Assembly: GCA_964036045.1 (NCBI GenBank)
Contig: OZ038378.1
Location: 26,474,001 to 26,538,000, forward strand
Reading direction: 5' to 3'
Origin: Eutreptiella sp. 'Long Island Sound 2002'
Taxonomy: Eukaryota > Protista > Euglenida
DNA: 64,000 nt
Position 1 is the stretch's first letter, and each line of letters begins with the position of its first letter. The notes beneath the pieces are model-generated. The model worked only from the letters and a program-made list of their open reading frames with translations, did not search any database and was not told the origin of the DNA. This document shows positions 1-12,800 of the stretch, in pieces. Position numbers and translations under genes: made by a program.

Positions 1-1739
1 ATCCCCTCCCCCTTGGGGGGAACCGTCACTTGGCCCAAAAAACATACAAAATACGAGGCATCGAAGGCGCCAAACAAAATTTTTATAAGTCGCCGAAGCT
101 TATTTACACTGTGATACTATGGTACAATTTTGTGGTGCAATCCCCCCCCCCCCCTGGGGGGAACCGACCTGACAAAAGGGGGGTGATTGCGGGGGGGGGG
201 GGGGTAGTTGGGTAGATGGGTGGGTTGGTGTCCAATACCCCCCCCCCTCCGCATCCCGTGGGGGTGGGACATTTGTGGGTGGGTGGGTTTTGCTAAATTT
301 TGGGTGGGTGGGTCCCTCAAATCACCCCCCCCCCCCGTGGTTAAGAAAATCCTTGGTAGCATTGTTTCCGAGGACATTGTGGCTAAGGCACATGACTCCT
401 CCCCGAATAAGGGTAGTGTTGCTTCTGAGGCTTTGTCCACGGCAGAATCTGTGGACGTCTTCGCGAATGACCTTGTGTTGGTTCCTTCGGATTCAGAGTG
501 GGATTATGAGAAGCGCCCGTTGACACAACTCTCTCTCTCAAAAGGTCCCTTGCCGAGGCTAGGGAAAGCTATCGTGCAGCGGCTTGGGCAACTCCCGCAG
601 CACCAGCAGATTCCCTTGTGAATCAGGACTTGTCGAATACTCCTCAGCCGTTTAAAAAGATGTGGCAACCGCGCTTTCCTCCTCGGACTATTCCTCGCGA
701 GAATATGTGCTACAAGTGTTCGTGGGAGATTTTTGTTCTGCGGCCATTGCGTGGTGGTAAGCGGACTCAGTGCAACCCTTGCAATGCCCTTTTTCATGAG
801 AAATGATTCTATAGCTTTGTTGTGAAGCCGGAGGATTGGGTGGGCCCTTGTTGTCTCGAGGCAAAGTAGTATGCCCATCTATGTATCTATCTATAAATAA
901 AATTTGACCTTCGAAGACCTGCCTCACTCCAACAGAATCCGAGGACAAATCTTCAAACTAACATGTGTATTGTTGTACACCAACCCTCAAGAACACAAAC
1001 CTCAAAACTAATCTGTACAGTGGGACTTTTCTTTCCCATACGGATTTTTTTCCCATGCCCCAAGCGTTCACTCACTTTGCTTTACCTTGCATGTGCTTGA
1101 GGAGAGATGGGGCATGTGCCCTTGCTATGGAGCTAACGATTGTCGTCCTGAAATCTCGCTCCTTTAGTGGGTGGTGGCAAGCGGTTTCTTTGGACCTGTG
1201 ATCCATGATCCGCGCCCAATCCTGGGGGGGGGGGGGGCTGGGGGGGATGTCCGAGACCTCCGATCCGCTCTGGATCGGATTCCCTAGTCCCCTTCATGTT
1301 CATTGGTGGAAATAGGACGGTTGCCATTGGGGTTGTCATTGTTGGGCCGTTGCAGCATAAGTAGTAGCAGTAGTATAGTAGCTGCACCAATCGCGGGGCT
1401 GCCCTGCACGCTTGCATTGCCAGATGGGTTGTGTGCATACAACTGTGTCCTAGGAACCTACACAAAAAGTTATGTCGGGAGAGAAGATGAAAGGCGGGCT
1501 GAGTTTGGAACCGTAGCATTCCTCTTCAAGGGTCCTCCATTCGGCCCACATACCCCTCACATCCCAACATGACATCACAACCTCTGGAGCAAACGCTGCA
1601 CCATCACCCTCCATACAGCTGTCAGGGAGGGCAGTGGTGCAAGTACAAGACATGAACACGAGAGCAGACTGCTCACACGGCCATTAGACTGAAATAAAAA
1701 GTAACATGACTCGTGCAGATGTCCCCTGATTCCGGGCGC

Positions 1740-1782
1740 ATGTGTGTGTGTGTGTGTGCGTGTGTGTGTGTGTGTGTGTGCG
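1740..1782 (+). repeat. (TG)n microsatellite
   Basis: Directly visible. Confidence 0.95.
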
Positions 1783-2038
1783 GAGGTATGTTCACGACAT
1801 TGTTGTTGTGCAAGGGTCTGCAAAAATCCATGCAGCTTGGAATTGTGGGTTGGATGGAAACCCTTCCAGCTCACGGGCAATTGTGCGTTGCGTGTTTTCA
1901 GTGTTCCCTCCTTGCGCCAGTGGGTGTGTATGGACCGCGTACCATCGGCCTGTTCCGTGTATGCTGTGGTGCATTCATTTTGCTCTTTTGCTCAGCCTTT
2001 GTCCACGGCGATAGACTTTGAACGAGGCAACAGACCGC

Positions 2039-3028
2039 ATGGGTAGGAAGGAGAAGGATTCGGACATCTTCTTTGGCCTTCTCGAAAGCCATGAAGTCCG
2101 GATGCCGAATTTTGCACTCATGGCACTCCACCTTGTATTTGGGATGCAGTGGATTGCGTTCACCATAAACGAAGCTACCGCATGGGACAAGCCTGTGGCT
2201 GAAATCCAGTGCCCCTTTGTCATGACGCACCTCCCTTTTTGGGACGAAGGTGGGAGATGCTTTGGGTACAGCCAGACCTTCTTCGAAATTGTACACTGGG
2301 CTGTCGTGGGGCTCATCAGTAGTGCTGTTCTGATGTCTGTTTTGCTGTACATCAATCCACGCCGATTCATCAGTGCCACAGTCGGCACATCACTGACCCA
2401 AGTCAACCGCATCCTCCTCCTCCTCTTGACTGAGTTCCTCTTCGTGCCTTGCATCCGGCTGCTACTGGAGGCCAAGCCAGATCGCCTGGGTTGGCTCTCC
2501 TTCCTCCTTGGGTGTGTCGCACTGGTGTTCCTCTTTGCCAGCACCTGCTGCACGCGGTTCATATTCTCGGACGTCCTGCCCTGTAATGTCAGCAACCTCA
2601 ACGCGCGCGCCCACGGCCGAGTGCACGTGCTGCTGACCATATTGCAGACCACCCTCGCCGGTGTCCTTGCCTTCGCGCCCGCCCTGGTCTCGCAGATCAC
2701 TGTGGCCGTCCTGTCCCTGATGGCGGCTGCTGTGTTCTGGCACTGCCAGCCCTTCTACCGCCACGCGGTCAACGCGTACTACGTGGCAATCTTCGCGGTG
2801 GCCACATACACGGGGTTCCTGAGCGTGTTTGCCACGGTTGTGGGCGCGAGCACTGGGGTCGCGTGGGCGCTGGCAACAGGCGGGGCCTTGGTGCTGCCCC
2901 TCGGTTTCTATGTGGCCACGTGGCGCTTCTTCCCGATGTACCCGGTGTCAGAGGGTTCCCTCCCAGACATGGCATTTCACCCTTTTGATAACGTGGTGCA
3001 GCCATTCAAGCCCGACGAGGACATGCAG
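2039..3028 (+). CDS. Exon 1: N-terminal multi-TM block (MGRKEKDSDIFFGLL...PFKPDEDMQ)
   Basis: Long GC-rich ORF with many hydrophobic helices. In-frame TAG at 2012-2014 upstream, first ATG at 2039, donor CAG|GTGCGC at 3028/3029. The true start could lie in an unseen upstream exon. Confidence 0.8.
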
Positions 3029-6000
3029 GTGCGCCATCCTTGACCACCTGCGAACAGGCGAGGGGGCGAGACGGCAGGGGTGATTGAGCCACTTTGCCCA
3101 CACGGGGCAGGGTAGCCAGTTCCAGTTTTTCTCCCTGTGCCGAGTGTTGGGAACCCCTGAGACCGCGGGGGTGTTGTTGGAGCTTTACCCAAGCTACATC
3201 GCCATTTCTGATCTTTCTCCCCACATCCAGCGTTGCCCCCCCCCCCCCCCCCAAGACGGCAGGTATGCGAGCCCAGTATCCGTTGCCTCATGGCCCCAAG
3301 ACGGCAGGGGTGATGTAGCCATTTTGCCCACATGTGGGCCAGGTAGCCATTTCTGATTCTTCTCCGGGAGACCCCCGAGACCGTAGGGGTGATGTAGCAA
3401 CTATGCCCCCAAGTGTGCCATGTAGCCTTTTCTGATTTTCGTCCCGGCCCTGAGCGCCAGGGACCTCCGAGACGGCAGGGGCCATGTAGCCATTTTGCCC
3501 ACATGTGGGCCAGGTAGCCATTTCTGATTCTTCTCCCGCGCTGAGTGTGGGAGACCCCCGAGACGGTAGGGGTGATGTAGCAACTATGCCCACAAGTGTG
3601 CCACGTAGCCTTTTCTGATTTTCGTCCCGGCCCTGAGCGCCAGGGACTTCCGAGACGGCAGGGGTCATGTAGCCATTTTGCCCACATGTGGGCCAGGTAG
3701 GCATTGCGGATTTTTGTCCCCGTGTTGAGCGTTGGGGACCCCCAAGACGATAGGGGTGATGCAGCCATTTTGACGACATGTGGATGGGTATGCGTTTCTC
3801 ATTTTTGCCCTTGCCGTGAGCGCTTTTGTAAATCAAAAAGTGCAACGTGCACTGGTTTGTGATTGTTTCCAATGCAACCTTTTCAAGCCGTGTTGGCCCT
3901 CTTTTCGGAAATTCCCAAAGATTAATCGCGACCCTCAAACGGTTTTCAGCGGCAATGCAAGTGGCAGAATCACCACATCAAATTCCGATGGTACCCAAGT
4001 TTAGGGTATGCGCACATCACCTGATAAACTCTGGCGAAAGAGAAAAATTGTTCCAAGCGAAATCCAACAAAAAATACATAAATCACAGAAAGTTATTCAC
4101 AGCATCAGCATCAACAATTGAGTTTGTTACGAAATGTTCAATGCATTCTCCCTTCGCCTATGTTTCACGGGCCGGAGCCTGCGCGCGCAGCACTTTTATC
4201 TAGATTTAATTTTGCATCCAGTCCAACTTTCCTTTAGTGCTGCCGTGAGACCTGAATTTTAATTCCTGTCTGCCTCGTGAACTACGGTTTTGATGCCGAC
4301 GCCGTGAATAAACTTCTATGATTTGTGGATTTTCTGTTTGGGTTTCGCTTCGAACAATTTCTCTCTTTGCCAGAGTTGATGGTGGGGTATGCCTCTCCGA
4401 AACCTGGGTACCATCGACATTTCGATGTGGTGATCTTGCCGCTTGCGCTGCTGGTGAAAAATCTTTTAGGATCACAATTTGTCTTTGGGAATTTCCGAAA
4501 CGAGGGCCAATGGCGCTTAAAAAGATTGCATTGCAAACAATCAAAACCTAGTCTTGGGGGGGGGGGGGGAAACATTCGTGGTATCGCCGTTTTTTCGAAC
4601 CCCCCCCTATGTGTAAAAAAAGTTTTGCAACCCCAGTTTTTTCCTAAAGAACGGCACACTGGGCAGCTCTTGGAAGCCGCTGTTTGCTGTTTCATATGGT
4701 GTAAGTGTAGCCTACACAATGCTTTGAGGTTGCCAAACATTCCCCATTCTGCCGGTACAAATTTGGTAGCCCTACATATCGTGGTCGGCCCAAAGTCCAA
4801 CCCCCACAAAGCAAGGGTGCTGGCCGTGGGGCCCCAAGAGTTGTGGCTTGTGGTAAAATTGGTCAAAATGCTGCTGGTTTTGCCAAGAATAGTAGCACTA
4901 GCACGGTTAGCAAACTAGGTGTGGCATAGGTGAGGGTTTAGGAAGCATCCTTTGCATGCCATACTGCTTCATACCGTTCCCCTGTTGCAATTTTTCTTTA
5001 CCCCGATTGAATTGGCAACATTTCACCTGGTTTTGTGCACAAGCAATGTTGAACCCCAATGTGGGCCTATCGGACATTGGTGGGGTGCAATGTAGTGGCA
5101 TTGTGAGCCCACTTAGCGTGTTGGACCTTCCTGTCTTAGGTGCCACTACCTCATGTAGGACTTCTACAGCGGCATTGTCCTCAACATCTATGCTGGTCAT
5201 GGGGTACACCCTCCCAGAGGCCATTTGTGTCGCGATTGGGGCAGAAACCACTTGGATCACACGACGTGGCGGGTTGTGTGCTAGTTGCACCGGTACGTCA
5301 TTCAAAGTCCTTCAGTGATTCGATTTCACCTCCTTTGAACACACGGCATTGGGTTGATGAGGTTGACGAGGATGCATGGCAGCAACAGGCGTTGCGCCTA
5401 GGCGAACAAGATGCCGAGCAAGCTACGGCAACCCAAGACGTAGCTGGTACTGATTATGATCCACGTGGTGGATTAGACCCCTCAAATTCTGATGAAGAGA
5501 AAGTGGACAATAGTCCGGGTGCCTCTAATGCCTTAGACTCCGACTCCTCCAACTCAAGCTCCAGCACATGCTCATCATCTAGCTCCTCATCTAGCTCTAC
5601 CTAGCCTTCCGTTGAAGATACTACTTGAAAGAAGGCAAAGGCCATGTATTTTGGAAGGGATTCCCGCAGAACTCTTGTAGGCTAATTGTACCTGCGGCTC
5701 ACTGGTGGCTAAGTGGAAATGTGAAGTTGGGGCTCATTTGGGGCTCAGTTGTGCATTGCGATGTCTTTGGGTGCTCACTGAGCGCTCACTGAGAGCTAAT
5801 TAGGGGCTCACTCAAGGCTCACTCAGGAGTTTCTCCCCCTTTCCGCCCTCTCTTCCCACCCTTGCTGGCCCACACTTCACCCTTTTCACACCAACATCGG
5901 TCCACAGTTCTCACCATGTCTTTTCTCCAAGAACTTGAGCGTGCATGCACACATACATACTTGCATACATGTACCCACCGCGACAAACACACAAACATCC

Positions 6001-6846
6001 AAACACACACACTTCGTGAGGGACACAAATATCCAAACACATACACACACATACACCCATACACACGTCCACACACACATGCACATGCACAAATTGACAA
6101 CCACATTCATTCTTGTGTGCAATTATCTTGCGTGTACATAAACACATGGCCGCATTGAACCATGTGAAGTGAAGGGCTGGGGAGAGATGGTTACGGGGTT
6201 GGGATTCGGGGATGTGAACCTAGCCATTTGCGAGGGTGTTCCTTGTTGCCTCATGACAATGGCACCCACCCCACCCCACAAACACACGGGCGCGCGCGCC
6301 ATGAAGCACAAATAGGGCACAGAGGATATTGCTCGCTTTTGTGAGGTTCATCATACAACCATCTTGACCTACACCATGACACATTGATCGCCCTCCCTCC
6401 TTATCCCCTCCCCTCCCCTTTTGCTATGCTGCGTTCGCCGCTTCCCTCGTGCGTAGCCCTTCTGTTCTCTTGCCCGTCCCGTCCCCTTGCCATGCCTTTC
6501 CTATTTTTTGGCCGTGGCATCACATGCATGATGGTGGCGGCAATGACGATGACCTTTGCAGGTATGTTGTGCTATAATGTGTGTGGGTGTGTGTGTGTGT
6601 GCGTGCTTGCGTGCGTGTGTACTTGTGCCCATGCGCATGTGCGCAAGTGTAGATGGTTTGTTCCCTCTTGGTTTCTCTCATTTAGTGTGTTTGTATGTCT
6701 GCTTGTGTGTGGGGGGGGGGGGTTGCATGGATCGATGCGTGGGTGAAGGTGTCCTTGTGCGTCACTGTGAGTGTGTGACTGCATTCTTTGGTTTCTGGTT
6801 GCCTAGGTTCGTGTGTGTATGTGGATTCGTGAATGTGTGTACGCGC

Positions 6847-6879
<33 letters not shown>

Positions 6880-9800
6880 GCAGCTGTTGTTTTGGATGCT
6901 GTTGTTGGTTTTGGTGTTGTGTGGCATAGGCTTTGATTGTGTGCGCATAACATTGTGTTTGTGGCTGCACAGGCAGGTATGGTTGTGTTTGTGGTTGTGG
7001 CTGTGGTTCTGGGCTTGCGTGCGGTTGTTGCTATGGCCGTTGTGGTAGCTCTCGTTGTGGGTGTGGTTATGGTAGTGGCTGTGGTTGCGGCTTTGGTTGT
7101 GGGTGTGGGTGTGGGTGTGGGTGTGGGTGTGGGTGTGGGTGTGGGTGTGGGTGTGGGTGTGGGTGTGGGTGTGGGTGTGTTTCTGCAAGCTGTGTTGTGT
7201 GTGGATTTGGTTGTGGTTGTGTCTGTGTGTGTGGCCCTGGCTGTGGCGAAGGCTGCAGCTGCAGCTTTCACTGTGGCTGCAGTTGTTCTTTGGGTTCTGG
7301 CTGTAGCTTCGGGGGGGGGGCGGGCTAAAGGACTGCAAAGAGGGGGGCTCAAATTACCATCCACCCCCTCCAAAAAAAATCGCACCAAGTTTACAGTGAC
7401 AGTGTACAATGACAGTGTACAATGACAGTGTACAGTGAGAGCATACAATGAGTGTAGAGTGAAAGTGTAGAGTGCTAGTGTAGAGTCTTGGCCGTTGTGG
7501 CGGACGTACTGTGTGTGGGGATACATTCCATGAGACCTTGGGGAGTACAGTGTACAGAGTACAGTGTACAGTGTACAATGTACAGTGTACAGTGTACAGT
7601 GACAATGTACAGTGACAGTGTATAGTGATAGTGTGCAGTGGCAGTGTGCAGTGTGGAGTGATAGCGTACAGTGCCAGAATACAGTGTACCATGTACAGTG
7701 ACAGTAGACAGTGACAGCATTGACAGTGTACATGAACAGTGTACAGTGACAGTGTACAGTGACAGTGTACAGTGACAGTGAACCATGAGTGAGCCCTCAC
7801 TGAGCGCTCACTGCGCCATTTGGCGCGCTCAGTGAGCGCGCGAAACGGCGCAGTGAGCACTCAGTGAGAGCGCCAAACGGCTCAGTGAGCACTCACTGAG
7901 CGCCCAAACGCTTTCACTGTGCGGTGTGCAGTGTGCATGACTTAGTGTGCAGTGTGCATTACACAGTGTGTAGTGCGCAGTGTACACTGCGCACTGCACA
8001 CTGTGTATTGCACACTGCACATTGTGTATTGCACACTGCACACTGTAATACACACTGCACACTGTGTATTGCACACTACCCACTGCACACTGTGCATTAC
8101 AAATTGCACACTGCACACTGTGAGGCACACTGCACACTGTGCATTGCACACTACACACCGCTCGGTATTACACACTGCACACGGTGCACTGTGCAATACC
8201 CAATGTGCAATACACATGGTGCAGCGTGTAGTGTGCATGACACAATGTGCGGTGTGCATTACACAGTGTGCAGTGTGGATTACATCACACACGGCATACT
8301 ACACCCTGTGTAGTGCACACTACACACAGTGTGCAGTGTGCAGTGTGCAATACACAGTGTGCAGTGTGCATTACAGGGTGTGCAGTGTGCATTACACTGT
8401 GCAGTGTGCAATTTGTAACACACAGTGTGCAGTGTGCAGTGTGCAATACACACTATGTAGTGTGCAATGTGCAATACACAGTGTGCAGTGTGCAGTGTGC
8501 AATACACCGTGTGCAGTGTGCATTACAGTGTGCAGTGTGCAATTTGTAACACACCCTGTGCAGTGTGCAGTGTGCAATACACAGTGTGCAGTGTGCATTA
8601 CAGCGTGCAGTGTGCAATTTGTAATGCAGAGTGTGCAGTGTGCATGACACAGTGTGCAGTGTGCATTACGGTGTGCAGTGTGCAATACACAGTGTGCAGT
8701 GTGCAATACACAGTGTGCAGTCCGCAGTACACAGCGTGCAGTGCGCAGTGTACACTGCGCACTGCACGCTGTGTAATGCACACTGCACACTGTGTATTGC
8801 ACACTGCACACTGCACACTGGGTATTGCACACTGCACACGGTGCACTGTGCAGTGTGCAGTGTGCAATACACAGTGTGCAGTGTGCATTACAGTGTGCAG
8901 TGTGCAATTTGTAACACACAATGTGCAGTGTGCAGTGTGCAATACAGAGTATGCAGTGTGCAGTGTGCAATACACAGTGTGCAGTGGGCAGTGTGCAATA
9001 CACCGTGGGCAGTGTGCATTACAGCGTGCAGTGTGCAATTTGTAATGCACAGTGTGCAGTGTGCAGTGTGCAATACGCAGTGTGTAGTGTGTATTACAGT
9101 GTGAAGTGTGCAACACACAATGTGCAGTGTGCAATACACAGTGTGCAGTGTGCAATACACATTGTGCAGTGTGCAATACACATTGTGCAGTGTGCAGTAC
9201 ACAGTGTGCAGTGCGCAGTGTACACTGCACACTACACAGTGTGTAATGCACACTACACACTGTGTCATGCACACTGCACATCGTACAGTGCAAGCATTCG
9301 GGCGCTCAGTGAGTGCCCACTGAGCCGTTTGGCGCTCTCACTGAGCGCTCACTGCGCCGTTTCGCGCGCTCACTGAGCGCGCCAAATGCCGCAGTGAGTG
9401 CTCACTGAGCGCGCCAAATGGCTCAGTGAGCGCTCAGTGAGGGCTCACTCATGGTTCACTGTCACTGTACACGGTCACTGTACACTGTCACTGTACACTG
9501 TCCATGTACACTGTCAATGCTGTCACTGTCTACTGTCACTGTACAAGGTACACTGTATTCTGGCACTGTACGCTGTCACTCCACACTGCACACTTGCACA
9601 CTGCCACTGCACACTGTCACTATACACTGTCACTGTACATTGTCACTGTATGTTGTACACTGTACACTGTACTCTGTACACTGTACTCCCCAAGGTCTCA
9701 TAGAATGTGTCCCCACACACAGTACGTCCGCCACAACGGCCAAGACTCTACACTGGCGCTCTACACTTTCACTCTACACTCATTGTATGCACTCACTGTA

Positions 9801-12800
9801 CACTGTCATTGTACACTGTCATTGTACACTGTCACTGTAAACTTGGTGCGATTTTTTTTGGAGGGGGTGAATGGTAATTTGAGCCCCCCTCTTTGCAGTC
9901 CTTTAACCCCCCCCCCCAAGTTACAGCCAGAACCCAAAGAACAACTGCAGCCACAGTGAAAGCTGCAACTGCAGCCTTCGCCACAGCCAGGGCCACACAC
10001 ACAGACACAACCACAACCAAATCCACACACAACACAGCTTGCAAAAACACACCCACACCCACACCCACACCCACAACCAAATCCGCAACCACAGCCACTA
10101 CCATAACCACACCCACAGCGACAGCTACCACAACGGCCATAGCAACAACCGCACGCAAGCCCAGAACCACAGCCACAACCACAAACACAACCATACCTGC
10201 ATCTGCCGCCACAAACACAATGTTATGCGCACACAATCAAAGCCTATGCCACACAACACCAAAACCAACAACAGCATCCAAAACAACAGCTACACAAGCT
10301 GCAGCACACACACACACACACATTGGCACACACACACACACACACCTGCGCGTACACACATTCATGAATCCACATACGCACACAAACCTAGGCAACCAGA
10401 AACCAAAGAATGCAGTCACACACTCACAGTGACGCACAAGGACACCTTCACCCACGCATCGATCCATCCAACCCCCCCCCCCCGACTCACACACAAACAT
10501 ACATACAAACACACTAAATGAGATAAACCAAGAGGGAACAAACCATCTACGCTTGCGCACATGCACATGGGCACAAGCACACACACACCAACACACACAA
10601 TAGCACAACATACCTACAAAGGTCATCGTCATTGCCGCCACCATCATGTACTTGATGCCATGGCCAACAAATAGGAAAGGCATGGCAAGGGCAGAGCAAG
10701 GGGACGCGACAGGCAAGATAAGAGAAGGGGTTCGCATGGGGTAGGCGGGGGGACGCGGCATGGCAAAGGGGGAGGGGAGGGGATAAGGAGGGAGGGGAAT
10801 GAGTGTGTCATGGTGTAGGTCAAGATGGTTGTATGATGAACCTCACAAAAGCGAGCAATATCCTCTGTGCCCTATTTGTGCTTCATGGCGCGTGCGCCCG
10901 TGTGTTTGTGGGGTGGGGTGGGTGCCATTGTCATGAGGAAGAAACACCCTCGCAAATGGCTAGGTTCACATCCCCAAATCCTAACCCCGTAACCATCTCT
11001 CCCCAGCCCTTCACTTCACATGGTTCAATGTGGCCATGTGTTTATGTACACGCAAGATAATTGCACACAAGAATTAATGTGGTTGTCAATTTGTGCATGT
11101 GCATGTGTGTGTGGACGTGTGTATGGGTGTATGTGTGTGTATGTGTTTGGATATTTGTGTCCCTCACGAAGTGTGTGTGTTTGGATGTTTGTGTGTTTGT
11201 CGCGGTGGGTACATGTATGCAAGTATGTATGTGTGCCTGCATGCTCAAGTTCTTGGAGAAAAGACATGGTGAGAACTGTGGACCGATGTTGGTGTGAAAA
11301 GGGTGAAGTGTGGGCCAGCAAGGGTGGGAAGAGAGGGCGGAAAGGGGGAGAAACTCCTGAGTGAGCCTTGAGTGAGCCCCTAATTAGCTCTCAGTGAGCG
11401 CTCAGTGAGCACCCGGTGAGCCATTTGGCACGCTCAGTGAGAGCTAAGCGAGAGCTAAGTGAGAGCTAAGTGAGCCGGCTCAGTGACGGCTCAGTGACAG
11501 CTCAGTCGGGGTGCTCAGTCAACTGAGCCGTCGAAAAGAAACCGCCCCCCCGGTCGAATCCTCTTGCACTAGGGATTGGCATCCCTTTGGGGACATTCCA
11601 AAACCCCAACCCACCCCCGAAAGCCAGAAGTTTTCACATGAAACCCCTTGAAAAACACCACTTAGCCCCAAATGAGCCGTTTTAGCCCCAACTGAGCCCC
11701 AACTTCACATTTCCAAGTGAGCCACAGGTACAATTTGGACCTCCATTGTGTGAACCGGCTTGGATCTCCATTGTGTGTGTCTATTGTCCGAACCAGCCTT
11801 GGGTCTCCATTGTGTGAACTAGCTTGGATCTCCATTGTGTGAACCAGTCGGTTGGAAAGATGGGTGTCGTTGGGTCCACAACGGACATTGGACACCCGTT
11901 GAACGGCCACGACAAGCCATCCCAACCATGCGGGATCCGTCACCTAGCAGGTAATGGACATGTACACAGTGGCAAGGAAACCGGATCGGCCGGGTGGGAA
12001 GATTGACGTTGTGCGGTCCATAGTAGACTTGGGGCACCAACACCCATAAAAATATCCCACCCGGTTTCAAAATTTTCCTCCCCCTCCCCCCCTTGACCCA
12101 TTTCAAATTGCACTTTTTAGTATACAAAAGTTCAACACTACTGTGCAAAGGTCATGCCTCATCAAGCACAAGCAAAGACTTCTCGTCACACAAATGGCCT
12201 TTGGATTCGGTGACGGCTCCGGTGCGTTCAAATGTCGTACAATATTTCAAAAAACCCGAAAAGCAAGAGCTCAAGAAGATCGCACCCCACAAGCTTGAGT
12301 GGACCCAAGAGAATGAGTTCAAACCAAAAAGCTTGACATCGTACGACGGCTCAACAATACAAGCGCAATGTATGTTGTTTGAATCTCACATCGTGCACAA
12401 AAAGGAGATCGTGAAAAGCACCATTGCCGGGTTGGGCGTGGAAGTGAATAAACAATTTGGTGACACAAAAAAAGCACTTGACACACATGTGGCTGCAATG
12501 AACACGCTTATGCAATCATGATTGAATTTCCCGTGTGTTGTCAAGTGAAGGACAAGACCCTTCGACAAGAAGCGTCACTTGCGATTCAAGCAAGGTGTAA
12601 GCAAGCACATGAGAAATGGGTTGCACATTGCCAAAAGATACTTGCGTTCAGCGACTGGATAAAAATCGCCAACCAGAAAGTGCTCAAGGAAGCACCAGAT
12701 GAAGAGCTCCAAAAAGGATGGACGGCCGCCGACCAACTTGCTGGTGTACATTTGTTTGTGGAATTGAACTGATAAAAGAACGTGAATGTTCCGAGAGGAC

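Larger units (their letters stand above)
5680..11735. mobile_element. Large foldback/palindromic element: ~2.4-kb inverted arms (5769-~8190 / ~8960-11414), satellite core, outer inverted motifs at 5683-5750 / 11665-11735
   Basis: Unique sequence in the left arm (e.g. GGAGTTTCTCCCCCTTTCCGCC, CCAAGGTCTCATGGAATG on minus) recurs reverse-complemented in the right arm. Confidence 0.9.

Noticed and set aside
208-806. Short ORFs with an acidic stretch and a CxxC...CxxC...H pattern
   Set aside because: They sit among poly-G/C repeat termini and have no splice support. Probably TE debris and not assignable.
3060-3780. CRISPR-like appearance of regularly spaced repeats
   Set aside because: The spacers are themselves repeated and the repeats degenerate. 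No cas genes, and the context is eukaryotic and intronic.
6682-10521. Many long ORFs (HT-, VG-, TP- and CTLHTAH/CSVQCAV-rich)
   Set aside because: They are translations of microsatellites and the heptamer satellite, open in several frames on both strands. No evidence of real coding.
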